DNA from: a virus
IMG/VR virus record: IMGVR_UViG_3300044701_001468
Reading direction: 5' to 3' (one strand)
DNA length: 64,000 bases
Shown piece after piece: positions 38,801 to 46,464 of the stretch. The notes under the pieces were generated by a model. It had not been told where the DNA came from, did not search any database, and saw only the letters and a program-made list of their open reading frames with translations. Made by a program: the position numbers and the translations under genes. Position 1 is the first letter of the stretch; each line of letters begins with the position of its first letter.

Positions 38801-41800
38801 ACTCTAAAGAATACTCTCTGTAAAGTAGTATTTGGTGTTGGTTTATCGAAAATATGTGGTCTGTCAGTCTCAAATTCTGTGCTACTTCCAGATGCTAATC
38901 CAGTTTGATATTGATGTAGATCGTATTTGATATCTAGAACATACTGATAAACATCAATCTCAACCTGAGAGTCAACCGCATCAGTTTCGGAAGAATAAAT
39001 GTAAATACCAGCAGCAGCATTTTCTTCGCTTGTTGCAAGCATTAGATTTTGTTGGTTGGATCCATTAAATCCAATCGAAGTAGCATAATTAAATGGATCA
39101 GTTCTTCTACCTGGAGCAATTACATAGTATAGTGTGTTGGTATCAAATCCCTTTGGAAGACGTATAACTCTTTTATCTGGATTTGTTCCTGCTTTAGCTC
39201 TAGGAACCAATCTAACTGGTGTTCCTGTTTCTAAATCATGTGGGTTTGTTGTAGCAGCACCATTGCTATCATACTCAGTTAACGTGAACAATGTTGATCT
39301 TTGAGCAAGTGTTCCCGTATTTAAAGTAGAAGCAACTCTAGGTACAGTTCCAACACCAGAATTAATGATGGTGCTAATTGTCTGGAAGTAATTTGTAATA
39401 GATAAAGCAGTTGAAGCACATTCTCCACCAGGAGCACCAGTTGATGGGTCTCCAGCAGCAAGGTAGTTATAATCTTGAATAACTGCGGAATCTGTAATTG
39501 GATCGAGTGCTGTGCTCCAAAGACCAGATGTTAGTTCAACATATAGTTTTACCGTTGTTGAAGAAGCAGTTGCATTTACGGTAGTACCGCTATTAAATCT
39601 ACTTCCTTGTGTTCCAAGTTCAATTTGATTGCTGGTTAATCCGTTGGTTCCATCACCAATTTTTTTGATGTATGCGGTGCTAGGAATAGTTGATGTGAAA
39701 TTAACTACCGAAGAAGAAGAGGTAGGAATTGCATCAACACTTCTTACTCTCATACCAATAGAGAGTCCAACTGTGCTGGAAAGTGTAACAATTGCAGATC
39801 CAGAAGTTGTTGTTGCGTTATTAATGTAAGTATTGTGATTTCTCATCGAAGAAATCGCCAAGTTTCTTACATAATTGTAAGCATCAATAGTTTCTGGTCT
39901 TTCATTTTCAATATAATCTAGAGTAAATCCATCTTGATTACCATCAGTGGTATCTGTATTCAGAGGAATGGCAGTATAGTATGCTTCTGCTGCATTAATA
40001 GTATTTTCGTTACCACCTAATCTTAAGTCAGAAGTTACTGCTTCAATGATATATCCAATATCACGCTTACACTTACTTGCTTCACTAATTTGTGACCACT
40101 GACCTGGATTTTCAGTTGGTAGTCCGTTTAAATTACCATTAGCAAGAGAAGTATTGATAATAGTAACTAATGTATCAATTGTGTTTCTAACATTAGCACA
40201 ATCCCAATCACCATTATCAACCGCAGGAAGATTGGTTAGAGTTCCAGCAGTAATTACACCAGTAACAATAGCAAATAAGTTGTCAACTGTTGTTCTAACG
40301 TCTGCACAAGAACTTGCAGAAGTATTAGCAATGTTTCCACCACCGCCACCAGCAACTGAAGGACCAGCAGAAATAGTTAGATTCTTAACCGTAAGTTGGT
40401 TTGTGATTGCCTGCTTTACAAGATTTCTAGCAGCATTGAAAGCAAATACAGATTGTGTTTCTTCACCTACTAGTCCACCAGAAAGAGGAGTTCCAGAAAG
40501 AGTAAAATATTCTCTTACAGCACCAACTGTAAATTCATTACCACCCCAGAATAAATCCTGTGCAACTGAATCTACAATATAACCAATATCTCGCTTACAC
40601 TTGGTATCATTACCCCCAGGAACGACAAAGGTTGGGAATGCCGCCTGCATCTGAGAGAATGCAGTATCAATAATTTCGGTTCTGTTGCTATTGATTAGAG
40701 CATAAGAATCCTTAAATCTACCTACACTAGGATCATCGTTAACTGGATCAATAGTGATATTAGAAACATAATACGCACCAGTTGCAGGAGAAACTGAAGG
40801 AGCAACAGCAGCAGTATATCTGAACTGAGTTGCTGTTAATCCAGCAGAAAGAACTGCATATTTGCCATTATATTCAGTTTGAGTTGCACCACCAATGGTA
40901 ACAAATGTTCCAGAGGTGAGGTTATGTGGGGTGCTGCAAGTAACGGTGATTGTAGTACCACTACTTGTGATTGAAGTAACAGATAAAAGTGATTTATTTG
41001 TTAATAGGTTAGAAATTGCTTTTTTACACCAATCTTTTGCTCTATTGAAAGCAAAGATTGATTGTGTTTCTTCACCAGCAAGTCCATTGCTAAGAGGGGC
41101 ACCAGCATTAGTAAAGTATGCTCTGGTTGCGGCAATCATGTTTGCATTACCGCCATCATAAAGATCAGCAGCAATAGCATCTACAATATATCCAATATCT
41201 CTCTTACACTTATCATTCTGCGAACCAGGAACGGTAAATGATGGGAACGCAGTTTGCATCTGAGCAAACGCATAATCAATAATTTCAGTTCTGTTTGCGA
41301 GAATAAGATTTCTAGCGTCTCTATAACGACCAGTTTCAGATGTAATATTTGGATTTACATATGGTCTATTTTGTAGGTATGGATATTTCTCTAGAATATA
41401 TCCAAATGCTTCAGATTGAATGAATGTTTTATTTGCATCAATTAGGTTGGCAGCATCTTGTGCTTTGTTATATGCTGCATCAAATACAGTACCACCAGTT
41501 GGATTTAATGTGCTTACAGCAGCAGTCCATTTTTTAAATCCAGATGGAGATAGTTCAGCTGATTTAACGTTAGTATTATCTAATTTAACATAGATTTTTT
41601 CATTTCTTCTAGCACCAATTCTATATCCATTTACAGTAGATGCTGGGCGATCTTCTGGATTTCTTGTCGTCTCGGATCCAAGATATAGTTTATTGGTGTT
41701 ACTAGAAGATCTAGTGTAAGGGAAATCAAGAACATAATATTGTTGCTTTGATTTATTCAACGAAGAAAGAGTTTTTGGAGGAATAATATCAGTAATATAT

Positions 41801-43560
41801 CCACCCTTGTCTTGGTTGAATGCAAATCCTTTATAACCCTTCGAGTGCATCGAAGTGTTACCGAAGTTTGAGTTCGAGTTGGTGATTGACATGTCACCGC
41901 CAGACTCAAGTAGGAAGTGATCAGCAAAACCTACAGCAAAGATCGAAACGTTCTGAATGAATGAGTCATCCGAAGCACGAACGTGGAAGTTTCTCCAATC
42001 ATCCTTCCAATATGCATCACCCTTGATGTGATAAGGAGTGGTAGCAAACGCATCAGTTAGAGGTGCCTGATTCCATGTGTTGCTGAACTCATCGTAACGA
42101 ATGAACGCTCTATCGTCTTTCTGTAGTGAAACACCCGTATACTGGGCGATAACCATCGATTTGAAACCAGTTGCCTTGCGACCATCAGCCCAGATACCAC
42201 AAATACCCCAAGTTGAACGAATCGAAACGTTGAAGACGTATGGAGATGCCGATTCTACGCTGTCTACTTCCGCCTGTACGGTGGCATTAGTATCAAGTGC
42301 TGGAGAAGATACAGCAGTGTATGTGGCGCCGCTTAGAAGACCTAAACCAGTGGCAGTGGTTTGAACTCTGTAGGTAAATTCTTTTGGATCAGTTTGACTG
42401 ATAGAATATACTTTGAATACTCCATTCAACGAGGTATTCAATCCATTATTTGTAATGGCAACATATTGCCCTGGGAAAAATCCGTGATTGATTTTAGTTC
42501 TAACTTTTACACTAAGTATACCAGCTGGAGAAGAATCTGTAACTGATACTTCATCTAATCTAACAGCATCAGAAAGTGGTCCAACAATTCTGTTTTCTTG
42601 TACTCTATAATCAAATTCTCTACCACGGATTACCAACAGAGACCATTTAGTATCATCTGTTCCTGGTATAACATTCGTTGAAGATGCACTGGCAATATAT
42701 GCCTTTCCATTGTAGATAACTCTATCACTAATTTGATATGTGGCGCTCGATAACCAAGCATCAGTTACTGGAGTGGTAGAACCTTCTACATATACGTCAT
42801 CAATCGCTGGTTGATAGTCACTGAATACACGAGCAATCTTTCTATAAAGAAGACCTAGATCCTCTCTATCCGCAAAGACAAAGTTTGTCATTTTGTGGTG
42901 AGAGAATTCAGGAATCGCTAAATTGGTAGTGCTGCCAGGTTGAGTATATACTTTACCAATACCAACTGGACTACCAACATTATAAAGTGGTGAACTTGAT
43001 TCTAGATCACCATCAAGAATGGTGAATTGCCAGAAGTAACAACCGCCAGTTACGTTGAAAAGAGCGGTACGAGGAACATCTTTGTCTGCAGGATCTGGAA
43101 CATATAGAGCACGAACCTGAGTTCTACGAAGGTCTGTACCTACGAGAGAAGTACCTCTAGGAATCGTTGCACCACCATCACGACCATTAAATTTGTAGAG
43201 AATATTATTAGGATCGCTTAAATTGAAACTAACATTAGTGTTAGATTCCCACTCATTGGTTGCTTGATTGAATTGAAATACGGGTAACTCTTCTACATCA
43301 GTAACTCCTGGTCTGTTATCAATGTAGTGATTACCAGGCGCCAGCATAATAGTAAACTGGTCAAATCTGTCATTATCTACATCTGGAAGATATGAGAATC
43401 TAGCCGCTTCTAGAAATGCCCTTTGAATGGTTACAAATGGTCTTAGAGGTGAATTTCCCCTATTATCTAAGGCATCTGTAGCATTAAAGTCGTCAGGTGA
43501 AACATAAAGATATTTACCAGTCTTACTAGAAATAAGATTATCTAATCTTGTTAATGGCAT
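32899..43560 (-). CDS. Giant virion structural/tail-fibre protein (3553 aa)
   Basis: Cyanophage-type N-terminus MPLTRLDNL...YVSPDDFNATD..DNRGNS.LRPFVTIQRA; Thr/Ser/Gly-rich; internal repeats; late promoter upstream. Confidence 0.85.
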   Translation of the reverse strand: MPLTRLDNLISSKTGKYLYVSPDDFNATDALDNRGNSPLRPFVTIQRAFLEAARFSYLPDVDNDRFDQFTIMLAPGNHYIDNRPGVTDVEELPVFQFNQATNEWESNTNVSFNLSDPNNILYKFNGRDGGATIPRGTSLVGTDLRRTQVRALYVPDPADKDVPRTALFNVTGGCYFWQFTILDGDLESSSPLYNVGSPVGIGKVYTQPGSTTNLAIPEFSHHKMTNFVFADREDLGLLYRKIARVFSDYQPAIDDVYVEGSTTPVTDAWLSSATYQISDRVIYNGKAYIASASSTNVIPGTDDTKWSLLVIRGREFDYRVQENRIVGPLSDAVRLDEVSVTDSSPAGILSVKVRTKINHGFFPGQYVAITNNGLNTSLNGVFKVYSISQTDPKEFTYRVQTTATGLGLLSGATYTAVSSPALDTNATVQAEVDSVESASPYVFNVSIRSTWGICGIWADGRKATGFKSMVIAQYTGVSLQKDDRAFIRYDEFSNTWNQAPLTDAFATTPYHIKGDAYWKDDWRNFHVRASDDSFIQNVSIFAVGFADHFLLESGGDMSITNSNSNFGNTSMHSKGYKGFAFNQDKGGYITDIIPPKTLSSLNKSKQQYYVLDFPYTRSSSNTNKLYLGSETTRNPEDRPASTVNGYRIGARRNEKIYVKLDNTNVKSAELSPSGFKKWTAAVSTLNPTGGTVFDAAYNKAQDAANLIDANKTFIQSEAFGYILEKYPYLQNRPYVNPNITSETGRYRDARNLILANRTEIIDYAFAQMQTAFPSFTVPGSQNDKCKRDIGYIVDAIAADLYDGGNANMIAATRAYFTNAGAPLSNGLAGEETQSIFAFNRAKDWCKKAISNLLTNKSLLSVTSITSSGTTITVTCSTPHNLTSGTFVTIGGATQTEYNGKYAVLSAGLTATQFRYTAAVAPSVSPATGAYYVSNITIDPVNDDPSVGRFKDSYALINSNRTEIIDTAFSQMQAAFPTFVVPGGNDTKCKRDIGYIVDSVAQDLFWGGNEFTVGAVREYFTLSGTPLSGGLVGEETQSVFAFNAARNLVKQAITNQLTVKNLTISAGPSVAGGGGGNIANTSASSCADVRTTVDNLFAIVTGVITAGTLTNLPAVDNGDWDCANVRNTIDTLVTIINTSLANGNLNGLPTENPGQWSQISEASKCKRDIGYIIEAVTSDLRLGGNENTINAAEAYYTAIPLNTDTTDGNQDGFTLDYIENERPETIDAYNYVRNLAISSMRNHNTYINNATTTSGSAIVTLSSTVGLSIGMRVRSVDAIPTSSSSVVNFTSTIPSTAYIKKIGDGTNGLTSNQIELGTQGSRFNSGTTVNATASSTTVKLYVELTSGLWSTALDPITDSAVIQDYNYLAAGDPSTGAPGGECASTALSITNYFQTISTIINSGVGTVPRVASTLNTGTLAQRSTLFTLTEYDSNGAATTNPHDLETGTPVRLVPRAKAGTNPDKRVIRLPKGFDTNTLYYVIAPGRRTDPFNYATSIGFNGSNQQNLMLATSEENAAAGIYIYSSETDAVDSQVEIDVYQYVLDIKYDLHQYQTGLASGSSTEFETDRPHIFDKPTPNTTLQRVFFRVGSDISGSALPTLSSSFGGTTLSSKVEYYVNYVSSTRFTIHESATVDSGGNLVLSSPVTFQTGSTAKFYTFASKKRSPMKFDPVVGTTASNNNGSWYINTLVSGNEIIPKMKESIFEGRIAPTTDTYYERVVDTRSKEDRVYRLRYVIPKNLKTVRDPLNGFVLKIRTDEKRRLLPQKILLKPTSTGSSVANFVAPVTGEKLGLTTAEQLVLNPNYISTYDSSPAGNPKRVETNSKISFTIQSARKRQISNQNYLELTVFDIGVDNNDYKTKLFTTVKISAPQGGSGNFIGSIPNSNNTNKVTWSGNSSGTAYVHAYFAYQNNYYMILKDFAGNSSIDYNNNVTTTFSQGTGSTKVTATLLEDANSGRSDIANFLYVIEGANVYTMTPGDTLNDDNGVSYTIADVEDVDDFENTYYIFDINTIRRRIFGQQDGVYYLTCLRGDIRPYPTGSGVGENFRNFRFSQPVSKIYPEFYKNDPEWYKGIDTGSATLLDPPATISAADNYVHGLVTVNDSKGSLTKEVVYDLISDSGTKLNTFTGSNVIQAQPGSASAGSEARKISICGDSPYPLEKKLYVELRRPSIARSGNHTFEYLGFGPGNYSTGFPARQEVVLTDTQDFYAQAKREDAGIVFYTGLNSNGDLYIGNRKINAITGEETFLEQAILVESADETEDIGTLVTTFDTPVTFNDIITVSGLEGTKTSTFFCPVAIQSPTMLGAVLNSNALTIYTDTSGKPFADGNYDQRLETNIAGQKTGDITLHQNTISSAVWNMHPRGTQRYTFRGAISNVTPNTTSLYGADQPANAYFNTLAPLASGDVLFKGAQTLFTGSLAWVYANDYITIDNQSSVGVNPQILGIQGNSTGTVIRLNWNTGVTNNTLGITSSTQIRITGATGSLQGVNGVWPVYSSVLDPFASGNAYVNILTNANLPIYTAIPTPNNGYPVDQVAQPSINIARSQTAFKEVGVIGAEALRTETTSIGDYKLGINTVARSAHTAYKTAFVSTETTPRANLDLVGNAFISGKKILSYSTESSTTKTETNQDYAFLVGGDSATPSNISTLRVATTPNGLTNGRVGINATHAQLDRNFVVVGTSRFTGSLTFEDDLAVNGGDLTTTATTFNLLNTTGTATTLNFAGFATTANLFNSATSAQTLNIGNSATTQSLSIGTAATTATLNLHTGATTSTINIGNASSSLTAVSNITIGGAFNNSSGSRLTIRNKNVQLDGDLEVNGGSIKTSATTFNFLNNPGTANVLNIGNFAAVINMGAVAGNTTIRNSLIVNGNITDYGDLTIIGGLRNSSVSVTRASLNTTAAAHTIGSLANLNVTYYEYIDDIDGATNITSITSNTFSVIDNKFYNNDIIRFANISNFTGVTAGVDYYVINRTSNSFQVSTILGGSAVTITTSGTVGGSATLKYTQIDTTGGVPWSSSDTTLPVKNAAGISQFDYLLIDQEIVRVTTPPTSTSPFTMTVSRAVDGTTAAAHLDDTIIYKLNKVTGATYVDPGPIPASALNKTVSSINASTNFLTSAGSNLENGYRVTFTSVGSITGITTTALRYYIVNVSTSGSDQIFQLSETYPVINVVDIGGTSGGAAYTVNGSVINLAEFGGSFKTNDILKIDNEFMIITSINASSPQKLTITDGGTVSPKTVFEVDSTTGNTIIGNPTGTTGNGTGTLLVYDTLTLSGNSATDSTAQKLVVTNGSTAETFTIRTADGNTNIAGTLTVENTITLNGSSTASTQYLTITNGAGTTTFQVDTANGNTSFLGNLAINTNKFTVDASTGDTIVGRYLTVTGVSTATPSSANVSLLINGLGVSNAKPYKFKQDASIDAFGITNYRTSSGGSRWNWFATGSNTDSTAPTLGVNQGYIIRPAGTNTTLILKLPSTAQTGDMIRFVDIGGNLSYQCTLILRAPTGIKVQGDATGSTAGGLGSAWTGGELLVQTPNASFGLIYFGATDGGGVAIDTDAQGWWLMEI

Positions 43561-43598
43561 CTTCTCAGTAACCCGTAGTATGGAGATTTCTTCTGAGT

Positions 43599-43606
43599 TA
43601 TTTATA
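43599..43606 (-). promoter_or_regulatory. T4-type late promoter TATAAATA
   Basis: tatttata on the plus strand, about 40 nt upstream of the giant fibre start. Confidence 0.85.
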
Positions 43607-43607
43607 C

Positions 43608-43632
43608 AAAAAAACCTGAGGGCATCCTCAGG
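43608..43632 (-). terminator. Intrinsic terminator downstream of tRNA-Thr
   Basis: CCTGAGG-loop4-CCTCAGG stem followed by T7 on the minus strand. Confidence 0.75.
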
Positions 43633-43657
43633 CTTAATTGACTTCCTTCACACGGAG

Positions 43658-43729
43658 AGCCCCCGATCTGATTCGAACAGACGACCAGCGGTTTACAAAA
43701 CCGCTGCTCTACCACTGAGCTACAAGGGC
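43658..43729 (-). tRNA. trnT: tRNA-Thr(UGU), CCA not encoded
   Basis: GCCCTTGTAGCTCAGTGGTAGAGCAGCGGTTTTGTAAACCGCTGGTCGTCTGTTCGAATCAGATCGGGGGCT: cloverleaf, anticodon TGT. Confidence 0.95.
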
Positions 43730-44193
43730 GATTTGACAAACTGGAATTGCCCGTTAAAGGAACCCCATATGTGTTTGTCGGTATTTATATCGTATCCCTT
43801 ATCAATTACATGATAGTAATTGTTTCCGAGAATACTTTCGGTTTGAAGATAGGTTTGGTTCCCAGCCCAAGTAACAAAACATTCTTTACACAGATTTTTG
43901 CCGTGGAACTCATCGCCTATCGATTCAAATAGTATATCACACCCTGGCAGGTATGTCAACCCCCCATCTTCTTTGTAGTTTTTCACAAGAATGTTAGTAT
44001 CTTGAGCAATAACCTCGATTACTGCTCTTCGATATTCTTGTTTATCGACGTAGTAACGCTGAATACACCGAAACTTATTATCATCGAGTTTTTCATGGAT
44101 TAACTCGATCATAGCAAACTTTGTCGGATAAGACATTGCTTGCATTTTGTTGTCGAACGTTCCTTCAAAATATTCACAAAATTTGTCAATCAT
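43720..44193 (-). CDS. cpeT: CpeT/CpcT-like phycobiliprotein lyase
   Basis: FEGTFDNKMQA.SYP..FA.I.L.H...QRYY...YR...GCD...C.C.V...YL...YHVIDKGYD...WGS..G.FQF is the T-type lyase pattern. Confidence 0.8.
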   Translation of the reverse strand: MIDKFCEYFEGTFDNKMQAMSYPTKFAMIELIHEKLDDNKFRCIQRYYVDKQEYRRAVIEVIAQDTNILVKNYKEDGGLTYLPGCDILFESIGDEFHGKNLCKECFVTWAGNQTYLQTESILGNNYYHVIDKGYDINTDKHIWGSFNGQFQFVKSPL

Positions 44194-44464
44194 CTTTAGG
44201 TAACAACTCAGGATTTTCTACTTCAATATCATACATCAAAGGGTGCATTTCTTCCATTATCAAATAATTTGATATCCTGTATAAATCTTCATCATCATAA
44301 TCTCTATAAGAGAGTGCTTCTGTTTGAACAGAAGGATGATCTTGAATTATTTGAGGTAACTCATCAAATGTGTATGGAAGATCTTGTATGAAATACATAC
44401 GCACAACCTCACCCATATAAAAACAATATGCTTGAGATAATGTGTATTTCATAACATTTTCCAC
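44186..44464 (-). CDS. Conserved cyanophage-type hypothetical protein
   Basis: YCFYMGEVVRMYFIQDLPYTFDELP; late promoter variant ACTAAATA at 44472-44479. Confidence 0.75.
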   Translation of the reverse strand: MENVMKYTLSQAYCFYMGEVVRMYFIQDLPYTFDELPQIIQDHPSVQTEALSYRDYDDEDLYRISNYLIMEEMHPLMYDIEVENPELLPKDD

Positions 44465-44484
44465 TACAAAATATTTAGTGGAAA

Positions 44485-44567
44485 TAGGAGCAGGGAGACT
44501 TGAACTCCCACAGGCAATGCCCGACAGATTTTAAGTCTGGTGTGTCTACCGATTCCACCATGCTCCC
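44485..44567 (-). tRNA. trnL: tRNA-Leu(UAA), CCA not encoded
   Basis: GGGAGCATGGTGGAATCGGTAGACACACCAGACTTAAAATCTGTCGGGCATTGCCTGTGGGAGTTCAAGTCTCCCTGCTCCTA: long variable arm, anticodon TAA, no intron. Confidence 0.95.
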
Positions 44568-44574
44568 AAGAAAG

Positions 44575-44754
44575 TCACCTTACGGTGACGTTTTCAACCT
44601 TTAGCAACTTTTTACACTCATTCATCAGATTAATCATTTCTGTAACTGATGAACACCTAAACACCACTATCGAACCATCGCTTCCTCTCGTGATGACCTT
44701 ATTATTATACAGGTCAACCGAGATTTTGTCAAGCATGTGTTCCTTTGAATCCAT
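44575..44754 (-). CDS. Small hypothetical protein (59 aa)
   Basis: Read manually: MDSKEHMLDKISVDLYNNKVITRGSDGSIVVFRCSS...; TTGACA-17-TAGAAT promoter at about 44782-44810. Confidence 0.65.
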   Translation of the reverse strand: MDSKEHMLDKISVDLYNNKVITRGSDGSIVVFRCSSVTEMINLMNECKKLLKVENVTVR

Positions 44755-44889
44755 AATGACTCTGAAGCGACGACACTGCTGATTCTACCAGTATATAGGG
44801 GGTCTGTCAAGCTCGACTTTTTTGAGCAAAAATATGCCGAGATTTTTTTAGCGACCTTTTGGTAATTGGAGGTCGATTTTGAAATGACC

Positions 44890-46464
44890 TTAGTTTAAAT
44901 AAATTCCTGAGATATTTTTGATCTCTAAGGTAACTGAATTGATGTCAATTGATTTATCAACTGGTTTCGGTGATGGAGCACCAGATGGTGTAACAGACAT
45001 AACTGTTTGTACAGTACTGAAAACATCAACTCTAGTTGCTTTTGACCCAACATAAACACCTGGCAACTTAGCGGTAAGTGCTGTAGCTTTAGGAGCATAT
45101 TTATCAGTTGGTGCTTTCTTTAAGATAGAACCCAAAACACCTAGTTCACTATGCATCAAAATATTTCCAGACAGAGTTGACATGTCTATGTCTCCTGCCA
45201 GTGCTCTAACACGCAAACCACCAACCAAAGGATTTTGAATTTTTGTACCAGAGTTAATACTTAATACTGGATAAATTGTTCCTTCGACTCCTGGCAATCC
45301 TTCTGCGTGAGTTGGGATTCCAACACCAACTGGTTTGAATGTTGGTCCAGTTGTGATAACATATCCAGATTGTTGTCCAGCTAATAAAGCATCTCCTAAT
45401 GCAGGCAAAGATGCTCCCATGTTTGCCATGACTTCAGTTTTCTTTCTGCCACCAATGATTTCATACATATCACCAGTAACTTTGATTTCCATAGATCCAG
45501 CAGAGGTAATTCCAAAGTTACCAGCTGGATTTGTCATAGCAAATACGACTTCTCCGTTGATTTTTTTGTAATCAGATTCAACTAAGGTTTGTTCAGAAGA
45601 TTTATCAATTTCTAACTTACCTGTCTTCATGGTGATCGTTCCACCATAACTTTTATCAGTTGCTCCCGCACCTGTTTTGGGTCCAGCACCTGCTAAAATT
45701 TCTACTTGTTCTGCAGATTTAAGAGTTAGTTTTTTACCAGCACTCAACTCAATATTTCCCTCAGTTTTTACACTGAGATCGCCAGTATTTTCGATTCTTA
45801 CATCGCCAATAACATATAGAGAAAATGCAGTTCCAGTTGACTCGGATGATAAAGGATTTTCACCAGAATTTATTTTATTCTGATTCCTTACATCAATCAC
45901 CATGCACTCACCAACTCTATAAACTGTAGGACCAGCAGAGTTTACCCAAAATGCACCACCCTTATGATTATTCTTGGGAGATTTAGCAGCAGAGAATACA
46001 AAACTACCATCAGTATCTTTAGCCCAGTGAGACTCATCACCCCAAGTAGTTCCACAATAACTACCACCAAATTGATTATTTCCTCTTACAGTAGAAGAAT
46101 CGTCAGCAGCATGAGATTCTGTAGTTGCGGTGTCATCGTCAATGTCTGCAACTGTCGAAGCAGTAGCATCGGCAGCAGTAGTTTGATTAGCAAGATCATT
46201 TAACGGCGGAATCCACGCTCCAATGTCAGTGAGAACACTCATGACATCAGAGCCGAAAGCATCGATTGCTGCTTGAGTTTCTGCTAAAGCATCGTTGACT
46301 GCAGAAAGGTCTAATCCATCAATATCAATTTCGTTTGATTGATCAGTAACACTAGTAACACCACAACCAAAATTAGAAGTGGGTGTGAGAAATGTTGCCC
46401 CAGAATTTTTTATCGCATCTACTAATTCTAAGTAATTACTAGCCATTTTTATTCCTATGGACAA
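44890..46464 (-). CDS. gp5 C-terminal-like spike (beta-helix) protein
   Basis: Repetitive short beta-strand periodicity (YVIGDVRIENTGDLSVKTEGNIELSAGKKLTLKS); follows the gp5 N-terminal gene. Confidence 0.6.
   Translation of the reverse strand: MSIGIKMASNYLELVDAIKNSGATFLTPTSNFGCGVTSVTDQSNEIDIDGLDLSAVNDALAETQAAIDAFGSDVMSVLTDIGAWIPPLNDLANQTTAADATASTVADIDDDTATTESHAADDSSTVRGNNQFGGSYCGTTWGDESHWAKDTDGSFVFSAAKSPKNNHKGGAFWVNSAGPTVYRVGECMVIDVRNQNKINSGENPLSSESTGTAFSLYVIGDVRIENTGDLSVKTEGNIELSAGKKLTLKSAEQVEILAGAGPKTGAGATDKSYGGTITMKTGKLEIDKSSEQTLVESDYKKINGEVVFAMTNPAGNFGITSAGSMEIKVTGDMYEIIGGRKKTEVMANMGASLPALGDALLAGQQSGYVITTGPTFKPVGVGIPTHAEGLPGVEGTIYPVLSINSGTKIQNPLVGGLRVRALAGDIDMSTLSGNILMHSELGVLGSILKKAPTDKYAPKATALTAKLPGVYVGSKATRVDVFSTVQTVMSVTPSGAPSPKPVDKSIDINSVTLEIKNISGIYLN

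Noticed and set aside
32899-43560. Intein, intron or DGR target in the giant fibre gene
   Set aside because: Continuous ORF with no intein C/S...HN motifs noticed; no reverse transcriptase or TR/VR pair in the window.
44485-44567. Group I intron in tRNA-Leu(UAA), as in some cyanobacteria
   Set aside because: The anticodon loop is contiguous (CT TAA AA); there is no insertion.
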